Shown: positions 40,001-63,534 of the stretch, in pieces
Layout of the letters: every line of letters begins with the position of its first letter
Position numbering within the stretch: the first letter of the stretch is position 1
DNA from: Salpingoeca rosetta
Taxonomy: Eukaryota > Protista > Choanoflagellata
NCBI GenBank assembly: GCA_033442325.1
Contig: JAWQFM010000003.1
Coordinates: forward strand, 346,724-410,723
DNA length: 64,000 nt
Direction: 5' to 3'
Made by a program: the position numbers and the translations under genes
Notes under the pieces: model-generated
Databases searched by the model: none
What the model saw: only the letters and a program-made list of their open reading frames with translations
What the model was told of the DNA's origin: nothing

Positions 40001-42575
40001 AAAGGCTCACCGCCTTGTTCCGCGACAACAGATGAGGCTGCACCAACAGGCATGCGCGCCCCCACCACGGAGCTGGCCGGCGGCACGCAGTTGACGGTGC
40101 AGTGGCTGCCACCGCTTCAGCCAAACGGCGTGATTACCAGCTATCTCGTGCAGACGCGCCCTGTTGCGGCCGGCGCGAGCGTCACGTTTACGACCGCAGC
40201 CACCCTCGACCCCAGCATGTCGACATCCTTGGAAGCAAGCGTGATCCTCCTCTCAAACGTGGAGTATGCCATTCGCGTCGTTGCTGTCAACTCGGCCGGG
40301 AACGCCACCAGCCCTGCTGTGCTGGAGCCAAAGCCCCCCGTGTCTGTCAGCGCGCCTGTTGTTGTTCCGCCCGTGCTTGCCAACGAGGTAACACTGGCCT
40401 GGGCCGAGGTGACCACGTTTGTGTCATACTACGCCGTGGTGCTGAAGGAAGCGAGCGCACCCGACAGCGCGTACACGCTGGCGCACATTGGCACAGAGGC
40501 GCGTGCAACCATCAACAACCTGCAGGCGGGACGCACGTACTCGGCGGTTGTCGTCGCCGGCAACGCCGCTGGCAACACCAGCAGCAGCGCCACCACCTTC
40601 ACCACCGCAGCACAGGTACTGCCGCCGGAGCAGTTTGCGCAGCCCACGGCGACGGCAACGTCATCCACATCGGCCGTCATCACCTGGACCGCGCCGCTCG
40701 TGCCCAACGGGGAGATTCTGGAGTACAGGCTGCTTCGGTCTGGCCCCTTTGACGCGGATCAGGACTACGACGCGGCAACGACAGACCCGGCGAGCGCTGG
40801 CGAGCTCATTCACCAAGGGCTGGGGCGGTTTGTGACGGATGAATCGCTGCAGCCGTACTCGCGCTACTTCTACGCCGTATTGGCCGTGAACGCAGGTGGC
40901 GCCACGCGTGGGACATCATCATCTGACAGTAGCGTCGATCACGCCGTGCTCACCACGCTTGCGACGCTTGCATCGGGGCTGTCGCCGCCATCGCTCCAGC
41001 CGAACAACGAGGCGCTGCTCGCGTCGTGGGTTGCCCCAGAACGGCTCAACGGGGAGCTGGGTGCGTATGTGCTTGAGGGGCGCGAAGTGCAGGAGCCTGC
41101 ACTGCAGCCCGTGGTGTTGTATGAGGGTGAGAACACTTGGTTCAACGTGACGGGGCTGAAGGTGTTCACCACCTACCAGTTGCGTGTGAACGTGCGCAAC
41201 TCCGTGGGCACGGCGGTTGGGCCGTGGGCGAGCGCAACGACGTGTGGCGGCACGCCACTCGGTGTTGCTCAGCCGAGTGTGACGTCCCGCTCGCCAACAG
41301 CCATCCAGCTCACTTGGCCGGCCCCAACAGCCCTGAACGGCGTTCTCGTGTCATACAATCTCATGCGGGATGGCCAGATTGCGGCTCAAGTGCAGACGCG
41401 CTCATTCCTGGTACGTCCGTTCGTTTGTGTGGTTGTACATGTGTGCATATGTGATCTCTGTATGGTTTGTTTGTTTTTGTGGTGGGATACCAACTCGTGC
41501 TCGACTGAAAGATCAATTGTGCATCATCACTAACCAACCCTCTCATGTCATGTGCACACGTGTGTGCAAATGCCAGGTGGAAAACCTGACGCCATACACG
41601 GAATACACCTTTGCAGTGGAGACATGCGTGCGTGATCCCTGCGACAACGAGGAGCTGTGTGCGACCGGCCCCGCCTTGGTGAGTTACTTGTCTTGTACAC
41701 TGCCCGCTCGCATCTTCTTCCAAGTCTCGTGCGTTGTCTCCACATGCTTCGGTGGTGCTTTACTGGGATACCTCGTGCCGTTCTGTTTGCCTGTGCACTT
41801 TTGCCTCACCTCTTGTTACCTGTGCGTGCTCCCACCACCAATTATGTCATGCACATGCACTGACCACACCTCCACACTTCCACCCTCACTCCAAATGTCC
41901 TCTCCTTTGCAGACGACACGATCAGGAGAAGGTTTGCCGACTGGGCTTGCTGCGCCGACGCTGGAGGTGCTTGGTGCGTCTTCCATTCACGTGTCGTGGT
42001 CGCCACCAAGCAGCGCGAATGGCGTCATTCAGCAGTACCAGGTCCTCCGCGGTGAAGTCGTCGTCTACACGGGCATCGCTCTCGAGTACATGGACACGAG
42101 CCTTGAGCCGAATGTCATGTGAGTTTGTTGCGCTGGGGTGCGGCGCACTGAACCCGCGTGCATCGCGTCAAGGTCACCATTGCTCTCAGCAACAAATATG
42201 TGGCGCTGTTCATGACAGCAGCCTGCCTTGCCACCCGCACACACACACCCGCACACACACACAATTGTACGCTCATGGCAAACACAATACTGACACGTCC
42301 GCATGCTGCACTCTGCGCTTGTTCGTCACCCCTCCCTCGTTCGCAGGTACACCTACCGAGTGCGAGCCACAAACGGCTTTGGGTCCGTGACATCGGCTCA
42401 ACGCGCAGCAATGACGTTGATTGGAACACCAGCAAACATCTCAGCGCCGGTGGTCACCGTGCAGTCGGACACGTCCGCCCTCGTCTGCTGGTCGCCACCA
42501 GGGGTGCGTTTGTCTCTGTGCTCTGTGTGTGCTATGTGTACTGTGCGTTTGTCTCTGTGCTCTGTGTGTGCTATG

Positions 42576-42606
<31 letters not shown>

Positions 42607-43146
42607 CGTGCGCTCTGTGTGTATGTATATGTGTGTGTTTGTAGCGGAGTGTGGCAAATGTTTGCACCAAGCAATGACGTCACAACCAAGCTGATACTCT
42701 TGTTTGGTCGTGTGCAACAGACCCCGAATGGCGTGATTACAAACTACATCATTGTGCTGGACGGAGAAGATTTGCCGCAAGGCCTGGCCGAATGCGCGCC
42801 GCTCTCGGGCTTGACAGCAAATACGGAGTACAGTGTTCAGATCAAGGCGTGCACCAACCAAGGCTGCGGCATCTCCCCTGTCACGGTGCGTGTTCAGAAG
42901 ATTCCGTGTTTGTGAAACGCTCCATGGAGAGAACATTGCGGCAAGCTACACTTGGGGTGCCTCCTTGCTTGTTTCACTTCCACATTCTCATTCCCGCCTG
43001 CCCCTTTCTTCCTTCTGTGCTTCCCCTCGCAGACGTTTGTGACGCGTTGCACAACACCAGCAAGCAACAGCCCAGATACCATCACCCCAGGCACTACAAA
43101 GGTGTGTGTGTGCGCGCGCGTGTGTATGTGTGTGTGTTTGTGTGCG

Positions 43147-43217
<71 letters not shown>

Positions 43218-44069
43218 GCGAGCGTACACATGATGTGCGAGCGTAGACATGATGTGCGAGCGTGTCTGCGCATGGCTGTGCATACATGCGCAAGCGCCTG
43301 TGTACAACCATCCAACGTCGACATGCCTTGAGTCTATTCCTCCTCAAGAAAGCCTTCATCTGCACACGTTCACCCATGTTGTGCCCCCTCTTCCTTCCGA
43401 CAATGTCTTCCTGCGTAGGTGACACTGTCATGGACGCCACCGACTCAGCCGTCGTGTGCGGTGCTGCGCTACATTGTCTTCTACGGCCGTGACGAGACGG
43501 ATCCGTCCACCATCAGTGTGGTGGACGTCGGCACCAACACATCCGTCACCATTGGCGGGCTGCTGCCGTACACGCGCTACTCGTTCCAGCTGCAAGTGAG
43601 CAACGAACGCGGGTCGGTGAAAGGTGCCTGGGTGGCAACGCGGACACTGGAGGGCATCCCACGCGATGTGCCTGCGCCAGGCTTCATCATCAGGTCCGCC
43701 ACCCAGCTCATCGTGGTGTGGAACGTGACCTCCGTGCCAGGTGGTCCCATCACCGAGCACGTGCTGTACCAGGATGGCGCACGCGTTGGCACGTTCCAGA
43801 CGCCGCTGTACGAGGCGGACGATCTCACGCCGTTCCAGGAGTACACGTTCCAAGTGGAAACATGCACCGTCTCTGGGTGCACCCGCAGTGAGGAGGCCAT
43901 GATCCGCATGCCCGAAGCAGCGCCTGAGGGGCAGGGTCAGCCCGCGGTGGACAACGTGCTTGCCCGCTCCTTCCACGTGGCGTGGTCCCCACCGCTCAAC
44001 CCTTACGGCATCGTCACTGCCTATCAAGTCTATGTAAGCCACTGCATCCTCTTGCTTTGTGCGTGACCG

Positions 44070-44141
<72 letters not shown>

Positions 44142-44830
44142 CTCAGTGTTATGGTACGTTGGAGTTCAGCCTGCATTTTGTCGTTAGTACCCAACGCCTC
44201 ACAGTGTCTATGTCTCTCGCAATCGCGGTCCCTAGGTGCGCGCGTGTGAGCTGGCAAGCAGCTGCACATCTCAAGCACAGCTCATGGCGACGGTGAATGG
44301 CACAGCAACAGATACTACCATCACAGGGCTGACGCCTTACACCATCTACCAAGTCCAAGTCAGTCATGTATGCAGTGCACAGCATGTCCAGGATGTTGTG
44401 TATGTTGAGGTTCCCGGAGCGATATGATGTGTGGGGTGACTGAAAAAAAAAAAAAAACACGTGCCTGATCTTGCGGTGACTGACCATCCCATCCTGTGCA
44501 CTCGCATCTATGATAGGTGTCGGCCAGCAACAGCCAGGGCGTCGCTGCGTCGTCGTTTACCACCATCACCGTCGCTGACGGGCAACCGCAACTTCTGCGG
44601 ACAAAGGAAGACGTGCCAGAGGTGGTTGGACCGCTCACGTGCACTGTTGACGCGCAGCTAGAGGTCGCGTGCAACTGGGATCAGGTGTGTTTGCGTGCAT
44701 ATGCTTTTGATTTGTGTACTTTGTTTGTCTGTGATCTGGGCGTGTGACATGATGCGGGCGTTTGCTGTGCTGTGCAAATTGAGAAGAGAGAGTGTGTGTG
44801 TGTGTGTGTGTCAGTGTGTTTGTGTGGTGC

Positions 44831-44918
<88 letters not shown>

Positions 44919-46552
44919 GTGTGTGTTACTCCCTGACGCCGTTTGTGTGCCCTGTCACATCATATCATCACACTCATCTCATTTTGATGACCTCCGCAGG
45001 CGTTTGAAGCAAACGGCATCCTGCTCGAGTTTGAAGTGACGGTGCGCGACCGTTCCCGCAACGACGACATTGTCTCGGTTCGTGCACCCCAGAATCACAC
45101 GTGCCTTGGAGTCTGTATGCTTGTATGTGTGTGTGCGAGTTTGCTTGTATGTGTGTGTGTCTGTGTGTGTATGTGTGTGTGTGTGACGATCAGCCTGTTG
45201 TTCGATAATTGTTGGACTCTTGTTGTTTGGGGCGATATCTCACACGCTCGGTTGCATGGCACGCACATGAACGGGCCCATCTCTCTTGGCGTACGCGTGG
45301 ACAGTCTGACTTTGTGGCCGCGGACAAGCGTGATTTCTCCTTCTTTGGGAGGGCAACGACGTACCTTGTGGAGGTGACAGCGGTCAACTCCGTTGGCGTT
45401 GCCACTGCAACACAAGTCGTGGTGGCTGCGCCCAGCACCACGACGACAACCACCACCGCTGTCAACTCGACCGTGGTACCCGTTGCAGCAAGCGGGTCCG
45501 ACCTGACGGCCGGCGGCATTGCTGGCGTTGCCGCTGCGGGCGGCGTGCTGCTGCTGCTCATCATCATCGTGCTTGTGCAACGCAGCACGCGCTCTCGCGT
45601 GCACGAGATGTCCACTGTGCCGACAGAGGACAAGGGCAAGCAGTTCTGGCAAGTCGAGGAGGAGCTGGTGGAGCTGCGCCCGAAGGAGCGTGCCAGGCCA
45701 CTCGTGTCCCCGCGCCAGCGCGCAACGCACTATTTCTACGAGAACCCGCACGCCCGCCCGGACTCCCGCACGTGGCGCGATGAGTACAGCGAGAGCGAGG
45801 CAGACAGCTACTCGCTCGGCGGGCCCGGTGCCCCTGGTCAGCCCATGGGCGGATATCCGCTTCGCCGCCGTACGTCGTCCTTGCACGGGCTCCTGCACAA
45901 CCAGCACGTGCAGGTGGTTGGCCAACGCCAGCTCGACACGCCGCGCAGCATGCAGAGCGAAGGGCCGGCGGAGTCGCCGCACCCAGCCAGCAGCCGGGGC
46001 GCAGGTGCCCATGGTGCGTGGACCATCCCACCTGCTGACATGGCCCCGCAGCACCAGCACCAGCACCAGCAACGCAACCCATACCAGCAACAACACCAGC
46101 AACAGCCGCCACCGCCACCACAGTTCCAGTCGTCCCCGCCGCCGCCACCGGCCAATGACGACTTTGCTGATTTGCGGGCCATGTTGCAGGAGCAACAGCG
46201 CGTCATGCAGCAGTACGCTGCGCGGTCGCTTGAGCAAGCAAACATGTCTCTTCACAGCCAATCCCCATCGTCGTCTTCTCAGCAACAACAACACCCACAG
46301 TATCAACAACAGCAGCACCCACACCGTGATGTGTCATTCAATGATGCTGGCGTTGCGCCAACCCATCCGGACAGCGGGTACCTGCAGATTGCGCCTGTGC
46401 CTGCAAGCCACGTCGATGAGCCAGACACCATGGAGATGCGACAGGTGAATCAAGATGCAGTTTCCCGTGCGGACTCAGAGGCACCGCTTGTGTTCACCGA
46501 AGCTCCAACAACCCTCGACTACACCCAGCACGAGGAAGACACGTGGCTGTAA
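19492..46552 (+). CDS. USH2A: Usherin orthologue: signal peptide, LamG-like, laminin N-terminal, laminin-EGF array with inserted VWA, ~30 FN3, LamG, galaxin-like Cys-rich region, one TM, cytoplasmic tail; roughly 50 exons
   Basis: Signal peptide, then [14 protein letters not shown] (usherin N-terminus), LamG-like [17 protein letters not shown], a LamNT domain ([36 protein letters not shown]), LE repeats, many P-x-PNG/W/Y FN3 repeats, CCG-rich repeats at 37200-39330, TM at ~45512-45577 and the C-terminus EEDTWL* (stop ends 46552). Confidence 0.9.
19741..19858 (+). repeat. (CTTT)n microsatellite in usherin intron 1
   Basis: Direct reading. Confidence 0.95.
23080..23625 (+). other. VWA domain inserted in the laminin-EGF array of usherin
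   Basis: [73 protein letters not shown] matches a matrilin/collagen VI-type VWA pattern and is in frame within ORF 22005-24110. Confidence 0.85.
28419..28550 (+). repeat. (CTCA)n microsatellite just upstream of an usherin acceptor
   Basis: Direct reading. Confidence 0.9.
31318..31706 (+). repeat. TTAAG(TTG)n repeat arrays flanking a small usherin exon (~31469-31580)
   Basis: Arrays at ~31318-31447 and ~31593-31706. Confidence 0.85.
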
Positions 46553-46669
46553 ACGAATGGCTGGGTGTATGTGTATGTGTATGTGTATGTGCATGTGTAT
46601 GTGTACGTGTATGTGTATGTGTTGGAGGAAAGGGTGAGGTGTGTGAAGAAAAGCAAGGGGTTGTATCTG

Positions 46670-46734
<65 letters not shown>

Positions 46735-47079
46735 ACTTTCGCCTCTCGTTCGCCTGTTGTCGACGTACGCTTTCGTTTTGTTATCCATTGCGTGTATGTG
46801 AATGCAGCTTCCTCATGTCGACACCAGAAACCAAATGAATGAATGAATGAATGAAAGGAGACATCTAGAGGTCATGTACACGATGACAGAGAAGCAAGGG
46901 CACAGCGGAATCAACTATGCATGCATCATGTGTCCACAATTGAAGCAACACGATACGATGCATGGTCGAAGTAACATGTGGCAAAGCAAGCGTGTACAGC
47001 GGGCTGGGTTGAGGGCAGCGACTGTTGCGGTGGCGGTGGCAGTGGCAGTGGTGATGTTTCGGCACTACAGGCCGATTGA

Positions 47080-58425
<11,346 letters not shown>

Positions 58426-58569
58426 CGATGTGGCTTGATTGTGGTTGTGGTTGCTGGTGCCGTTATCTTGCAAAACAAAATTGGTGTGATGCAAAATTAA
58501 CTGCCGGACTTGACGAGCGCGACTGTACGACCCTCTTTCAGTCAGTTCAGTCGTTGTTTGTGTTTTGGT

Positions 58570-58607
58570 GAAAACTCGCTGAAATCTTACACTGCTCCCG
58601 GCGCTCA
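58570..58607 (-). repeat. Left arm of a 38-bp inverted repeat (partner 59320-59357)
   Basis: GAAAACTCGCTGAAATCTTACACTGCTCCCGGCGCTCA is 37/38 identical to the reverse complement of 59320-59357. Confidence 0.9.
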
Positions 58608-59039
58608 GTCTTTCTTGTGCCGTGTTGAATATGAACACACACTGAGACGTGTTTGCGCGGTTCGCTTGTGCAGTGTTTGTGCTTGTAGCCTCTCACTCAG
58701 CCTCTCCGTTCGTCTCAGGTCAGCGAAGGGGGAAGCCATCTCCTTAACTTCGCTTCCTCGTAGCTTGCATGAAGTAATGACCCAGAGTTCACTAGTTCTC
58801 TGATGTGTGGTGTCTTACCAACTGCAGAACTGCACTAAAACCGTGCACAAGGGTATTTCCGGTACCCAATGTAAATGTAGGGGATGCCCACATATAAAGC
58901 TGGCGACACTACAAGTTCAACGTGCTTTGCTTTCATGTTCTTATCTTTGTGCTGCCCACAGCAGCAGACGAGGATCGAGAAGAGTGCTCCGTGCGTGACC
59001 TCTTTTTCCATTTGACTCGACTAGACTCGAGGACCCACC

Positions 59040-59080
<41 letters not shown>

Positions 59081-59084
59081 CACA

Positions 59085-59124
<40 letters not shown>

Positions 59125-59319
59125 TACACACACACATACACACACACAAACAGTCGCAGCACTACACATGAGCCTCGCACCGAGGCACTTGGTTTCTATC
59201 TATCTATCTATTGATTCACTTTTCTCTTTTTCTTTCTGTCTATGAGGCGCGTGCTCTCACACACATTCACCCATACGCACCGCTGCCCTTTGTTTTGCCG
59301 CAATTGCCTTCCCCATCTT

Positions 59320-59357
59320 TGAGCGCTGGGAGCAGTGTAAGATTTCAGCGAGTTTTC
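59320..59357 (+). repeat. Right arm of a 38-bp inverted repeat (partner 58570-58607)
   Basis: TGAGCGCTGGGAGCAGTGTAAGATTTCAGCGAGTTTTC. Confidence 0.9.
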
Positions 59358-59648
59358 CCCAATAAACACAGCAAGCAACACAAACAGACACACATACACA
59401 CATACACACACATACACAACGATCAAAACCAAATCGAAGTGGGCATGACACTGACCAGAACCGCCAGAAATGACGTCATGTCAGCAGAAAATACAACGGG
59501 CAACTTGCGGTATGATTTCCTTTCTTGCTCTTGCTCTTGATGTGAATCAAAATCACAACCTGTACCCTTCTCTTGCTTGATTGAAGCAGCTCGGCGTTGC
59601 CATTTGTACCACACCCATCGCAGCGACCACCACCACACCTTCAGCGAC

Positions 59649-59885
59649 ATGGCGAGCCACAACACCTATGAAAACATGGAGGGCACCTTCGCGGAGACTG
59701 CAATGGGCAATGGCATGGCTGCCAGCGGTCAGCAGGGAACAGGCCCATGGATGAACTCGGCTCCCAGCGCTCCCCAGCACCAACAGCCGCATGCTTACGC
59801 CAACCCTGCTGCTTTGCGTGTGTATGGGGACAACAACAACAACAGCAACAACTACAACAGCGGCTACAGCAGTAACAACTACTTC

Positions 59886-59918
<33 letters not shown>

Positions 59919-62858
59919 CACGGCAACACCGCGTCTGGCACTCAGCCCTCACTGTTGATGACACGCTCGCCTCCAGCAGAACTCAAGTCGTACAACGTCG
60001 CTGAGGGTGCCTATGCTGGTGGGGGAGGCAGCGGCGCCAGCAAGGGCAGCGATTATGGGTGGAAGTTCAAGGCATTCTTGGCCGTCCTTTTTGTTATCGT
60101 CATCGCGGTGGCTGTCGCCGTACCCGTGTCCATGGCGAACAGCGGATCCAGCGCGAGTGGCAGTCGGGGTGCTGGTGGCAGCTCGACAAACACCGGCGCG
60201 ACAACGACGACGACAACGCAAGCGGCGACCGCGACAGTGAGTCCTGCGTCCTCAACAGGAACAGCCTCAACAGTCGCCCCCTCCACAACCACAACCACAA
60301 CAACCACATCCACGGCTACAACCACCACCACAACGACGGATTGCACCGGAACACCAACAGCTACCCTGGACTGCGATGACTTTGGCTCCCGGTTCCAGTT
60401 TCGGGCTGGGCTGTGCGCCGCGCTCGCTGTCATCAACTGCTGTTGTGACGAGTTTTACGCCCTGGAGCGTGTCACGGGATCAGTCACGGTGGACAGGGCA
60501 GAGACCTCGCTGCAGTTTGGTTCGGTGGCGTACGTCGGCGGGGACATTGTGGGTCGCGGCACCTCCCTCGTGTCGGTTGACTTTGGTCAGCTCACATATG
60601 TTGGCGGCAAGCTGGATCTGTACGCAAGCAGAATCACCGCAGTCGACTTTGGCAACCTCACATATGTTGGCAACCTCGTGGACTTGTCCCGCAACCGGAT
60701 TACTTCCATCAACTTTGGCCAGCTGGCCACGGTCGGCGACAGCATCGACGTGAGGACCAACCCGCTCGTTGCCTTTGACCTCGGCGCACTGCACGACGTT
60801 GGTGGCAGTCTTCGGTGGCAAGATGCGGTGTCGACTGACTTCGGCGTACAGGGTGGCGCTGTGGTGGAAAATTTTGTGTTGCCCCAAGATCACGCCATCG
60901 AGCGACTCGACTTTGGCAGCGTGGTCAGCGTGAGTGGAGACTTGAACTTTGATCAGAATACAGCCCTCACCAGCATTGACTTTGGCAGCATCACCAGCGT
61001 GGGCGGCACCATCACCATGTATGAAAATGGCGCCCTCACCAGCACTGACCTTGGCAGCATCGCCAGCGTGGACGGCGCCATCGACGTCTCCTACAATGAC
61101 CTCCTCACCAGCATTGACGTCAGCGGCATCACCAGCGTGGGTCAACACATCCTTTTCGACCAAAATCGCCGCCTCACCAGCATCAACCTCGGCGCCAGCG
61201 CGACCGGCACGACTGTTGGCCAGTACGTTGAGATAACCTTCAACGGTGCTCTCACCAGCGTCGACCTTGGCAATGTCACGTCCGTTGGCGAATACATTGA
61301 GTTCAGGTCAAACGGCCGTCTCACCAGCGTCAACTTGGGCAACCTCGCCACCGTCACCAGCAACATTGACTTTCGGACCAACGGCTTCCTCCCCAGCATC
61401 GATTTGGGTAACGTCGCCAGCGTGGGCGGAACCATTGACGTCACCGGTAACGGCCTCCTCACCAGCATTGACTTTGGCAGCGTCACCAGCGTGGGCGGCA
61501 GCATTGAGATCTCCAACAACGACCGCCTCACCAGCGTTGATTGCGCTGGCATCGAGGACGTTGGCGGGCGCGTGTTCATTGATGGCAATGACCTTCTCGC
61601 CTCCGCTGCCTTTGGCGCGATCACCAGTGTGAGTGGGAATTTGGAGGTGACCAACAACGCCGCCCTCACCAGTATCGACTACGGTAGCATCACAGCCGTG
61701 GGTGCGTCGCTCAGGGTCAGCGGTGCCGCGAACATCGGCAGCATCGATTTCCGCAACATCAGCACAGTTGGTGAAGGCATCTCCATCTTCGCCAACAATC
61801 GCCTCAGCAGCGTCAGCTTCGGCAGCCTCACCAGCGTGGGTACGGGCGTGTTTTTCTCTCGCAACTATGCCCTCACCAGCGTTGACTTGAGCAACGTTGC
61901 TGGCGTGAACACTGCCATTGAGTTCAACGACAACCGCGCCCTCGCCAGCCTCACTCTTGGCAACATCACCAGTGTTAGCAGTTACATTCGACTGCAGGAC
62001 AACTGGGCCCTCACCAGCGTCGACTTTGGCGGAATCACAGCCGTGGGGTCGTTTGTGGCCCTCCAAAGCAACTTGGGCGTCACCAGCGTCGACTTTGGCA
62101 GCATCACCAGCGTTGGCGAGTACATCGTTTTCACCAACGGCAACGATCTTACCAACATCAACTTTGGCAGCCTCAGCACGGTACAGGGCTACATCAGCTT
62201 CGACAACAACGGCGCCCTCACCAGCGTTGATTTCGGCAACATCGCCACTGTGGGTGACTACCTCAGCTTCGACGACAACGACGCCCTCACCAGCGTTGAT
62301 TTCGGCAGCATCACCACCGTGTCGGGCGACGTCAGCTTCATGCTTAATGACGCTCTCCCCAGCATCGACTTTGGTAACGTCGCCACCGTGGGCGGCTCCG
62401 TTTCCTTCGACCGACACAACTCGCTCGCCAGCGTTGACTTTGGCAGCATCACCAGCGTGCCTGGCGACGTGGGCTTCACTGTCAACATCGCCCTCACCAC
62501 TGTCGACTTTGGCAGCGTTGCCACTGTGGGCGGGGACGTCAACTTCTTCTTCAACAATGCCCTCACCAGTCTTGGCTTTGGCAACATCAAGATTGTGGGT
62601 GGCTCTGTTTCCTTTGACCGCCACAGCGCCCTCGCCAGCGTTGACTTTGGCGGCATCACGAGCGTGGCTGGAGACATCACCTTCACCTCCAATGCCGCCC
62701 TCGCCAGCATCAACTTTGGCAGCGTGGCCACTGTGGGCGGACGCATCACCTTCCAGGACAACGCCGCCCTCACCAGCGTGGATTGCGGCGGCCTTACTGC
62801 GGTCTGTGTCAACAACGCCGATGGTATCGCCCTCATCAACTGCCCTGCAGAGTGCTGA
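59649..62858 (+). CDS. Intronless type II membrane protein with ~34 receptor-L-domain/Ecm33-like 22-23 aa solenoid repeats
   Basis: Single ORF from ATG 59649 (MASHNTYENM). N/Y-rich N-terminus, KFK then hydrophobic AFLAVLFVIVIAVAVAVPVSM (~60072-60134), Thr-rich stalk, Cys cap, repeats of LTSVDFGSITSVGGxIxFxxNxA (69-bp unit), and a C-terminal Cys cap. Confidence 0.75.
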
Positions 62859-63093
62859 TCGATAGATTACTTGGGCTTCTGCGATTAGCGGTCCATTTGC
62901 TTGTCTTGTGTGTTGTCAGTCTAGCTTCGGTCGAGCGGTCGTAAGCGTGTGTGTGTGTGTGTGTGTGTGTGTGGTTGCGTTCGCGTGTCTGCATGAATTT
63001 GCGTTAGCGTGTCTGCGTAAGTGTTTGCATGTTTCAGGATGTTTCTTCGCTTGGCACGCTTGTGACGTTAGCGAACGTTTGCGTGTGTGTGTG

Positions 63094-63134
<41 letters not shown>

Positions 63135-63369
63135 AACTCACACGTGCCCTTTATGTTTTGAGTAGCTTGAGTTTGGTTGCCTTTCTTTCTCTTTCGTTTG
63201 TCCGTGGGCGTTGGCGATTTGTGACCAATGCACATGCGTGTGTCGTTTCCTTCGTTGTACTGCACTGCACTGATGGCACGTGTGTAACTCAATGGACGGC
63301 AGGCAGGAAAAATGAAAGTGTGCATGCAGACCGGCCGAATCATGGCGGGGAAGACGGAATAACGCGCGC

Positions 63370-63434
<65 letters not shown>

Positions 63435-63534
63435 GCAAACACAAGAACACAAGTACAGTGCACAGTCCCCAGGCGCCAAATCAAATGCACACAAAAACAA
63501 ATCCGTCGCTCACGCACGACCAAACAACATGCAG

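Noticed and set aside
60900-62800. Regular 69-bp conserved/variable periodicity resembling a CRISPR array
   Set aside because: The repeats are in-frame protein repeats degenerate at synonymous sites, there are no cas genes, and the context is eukaryotic.
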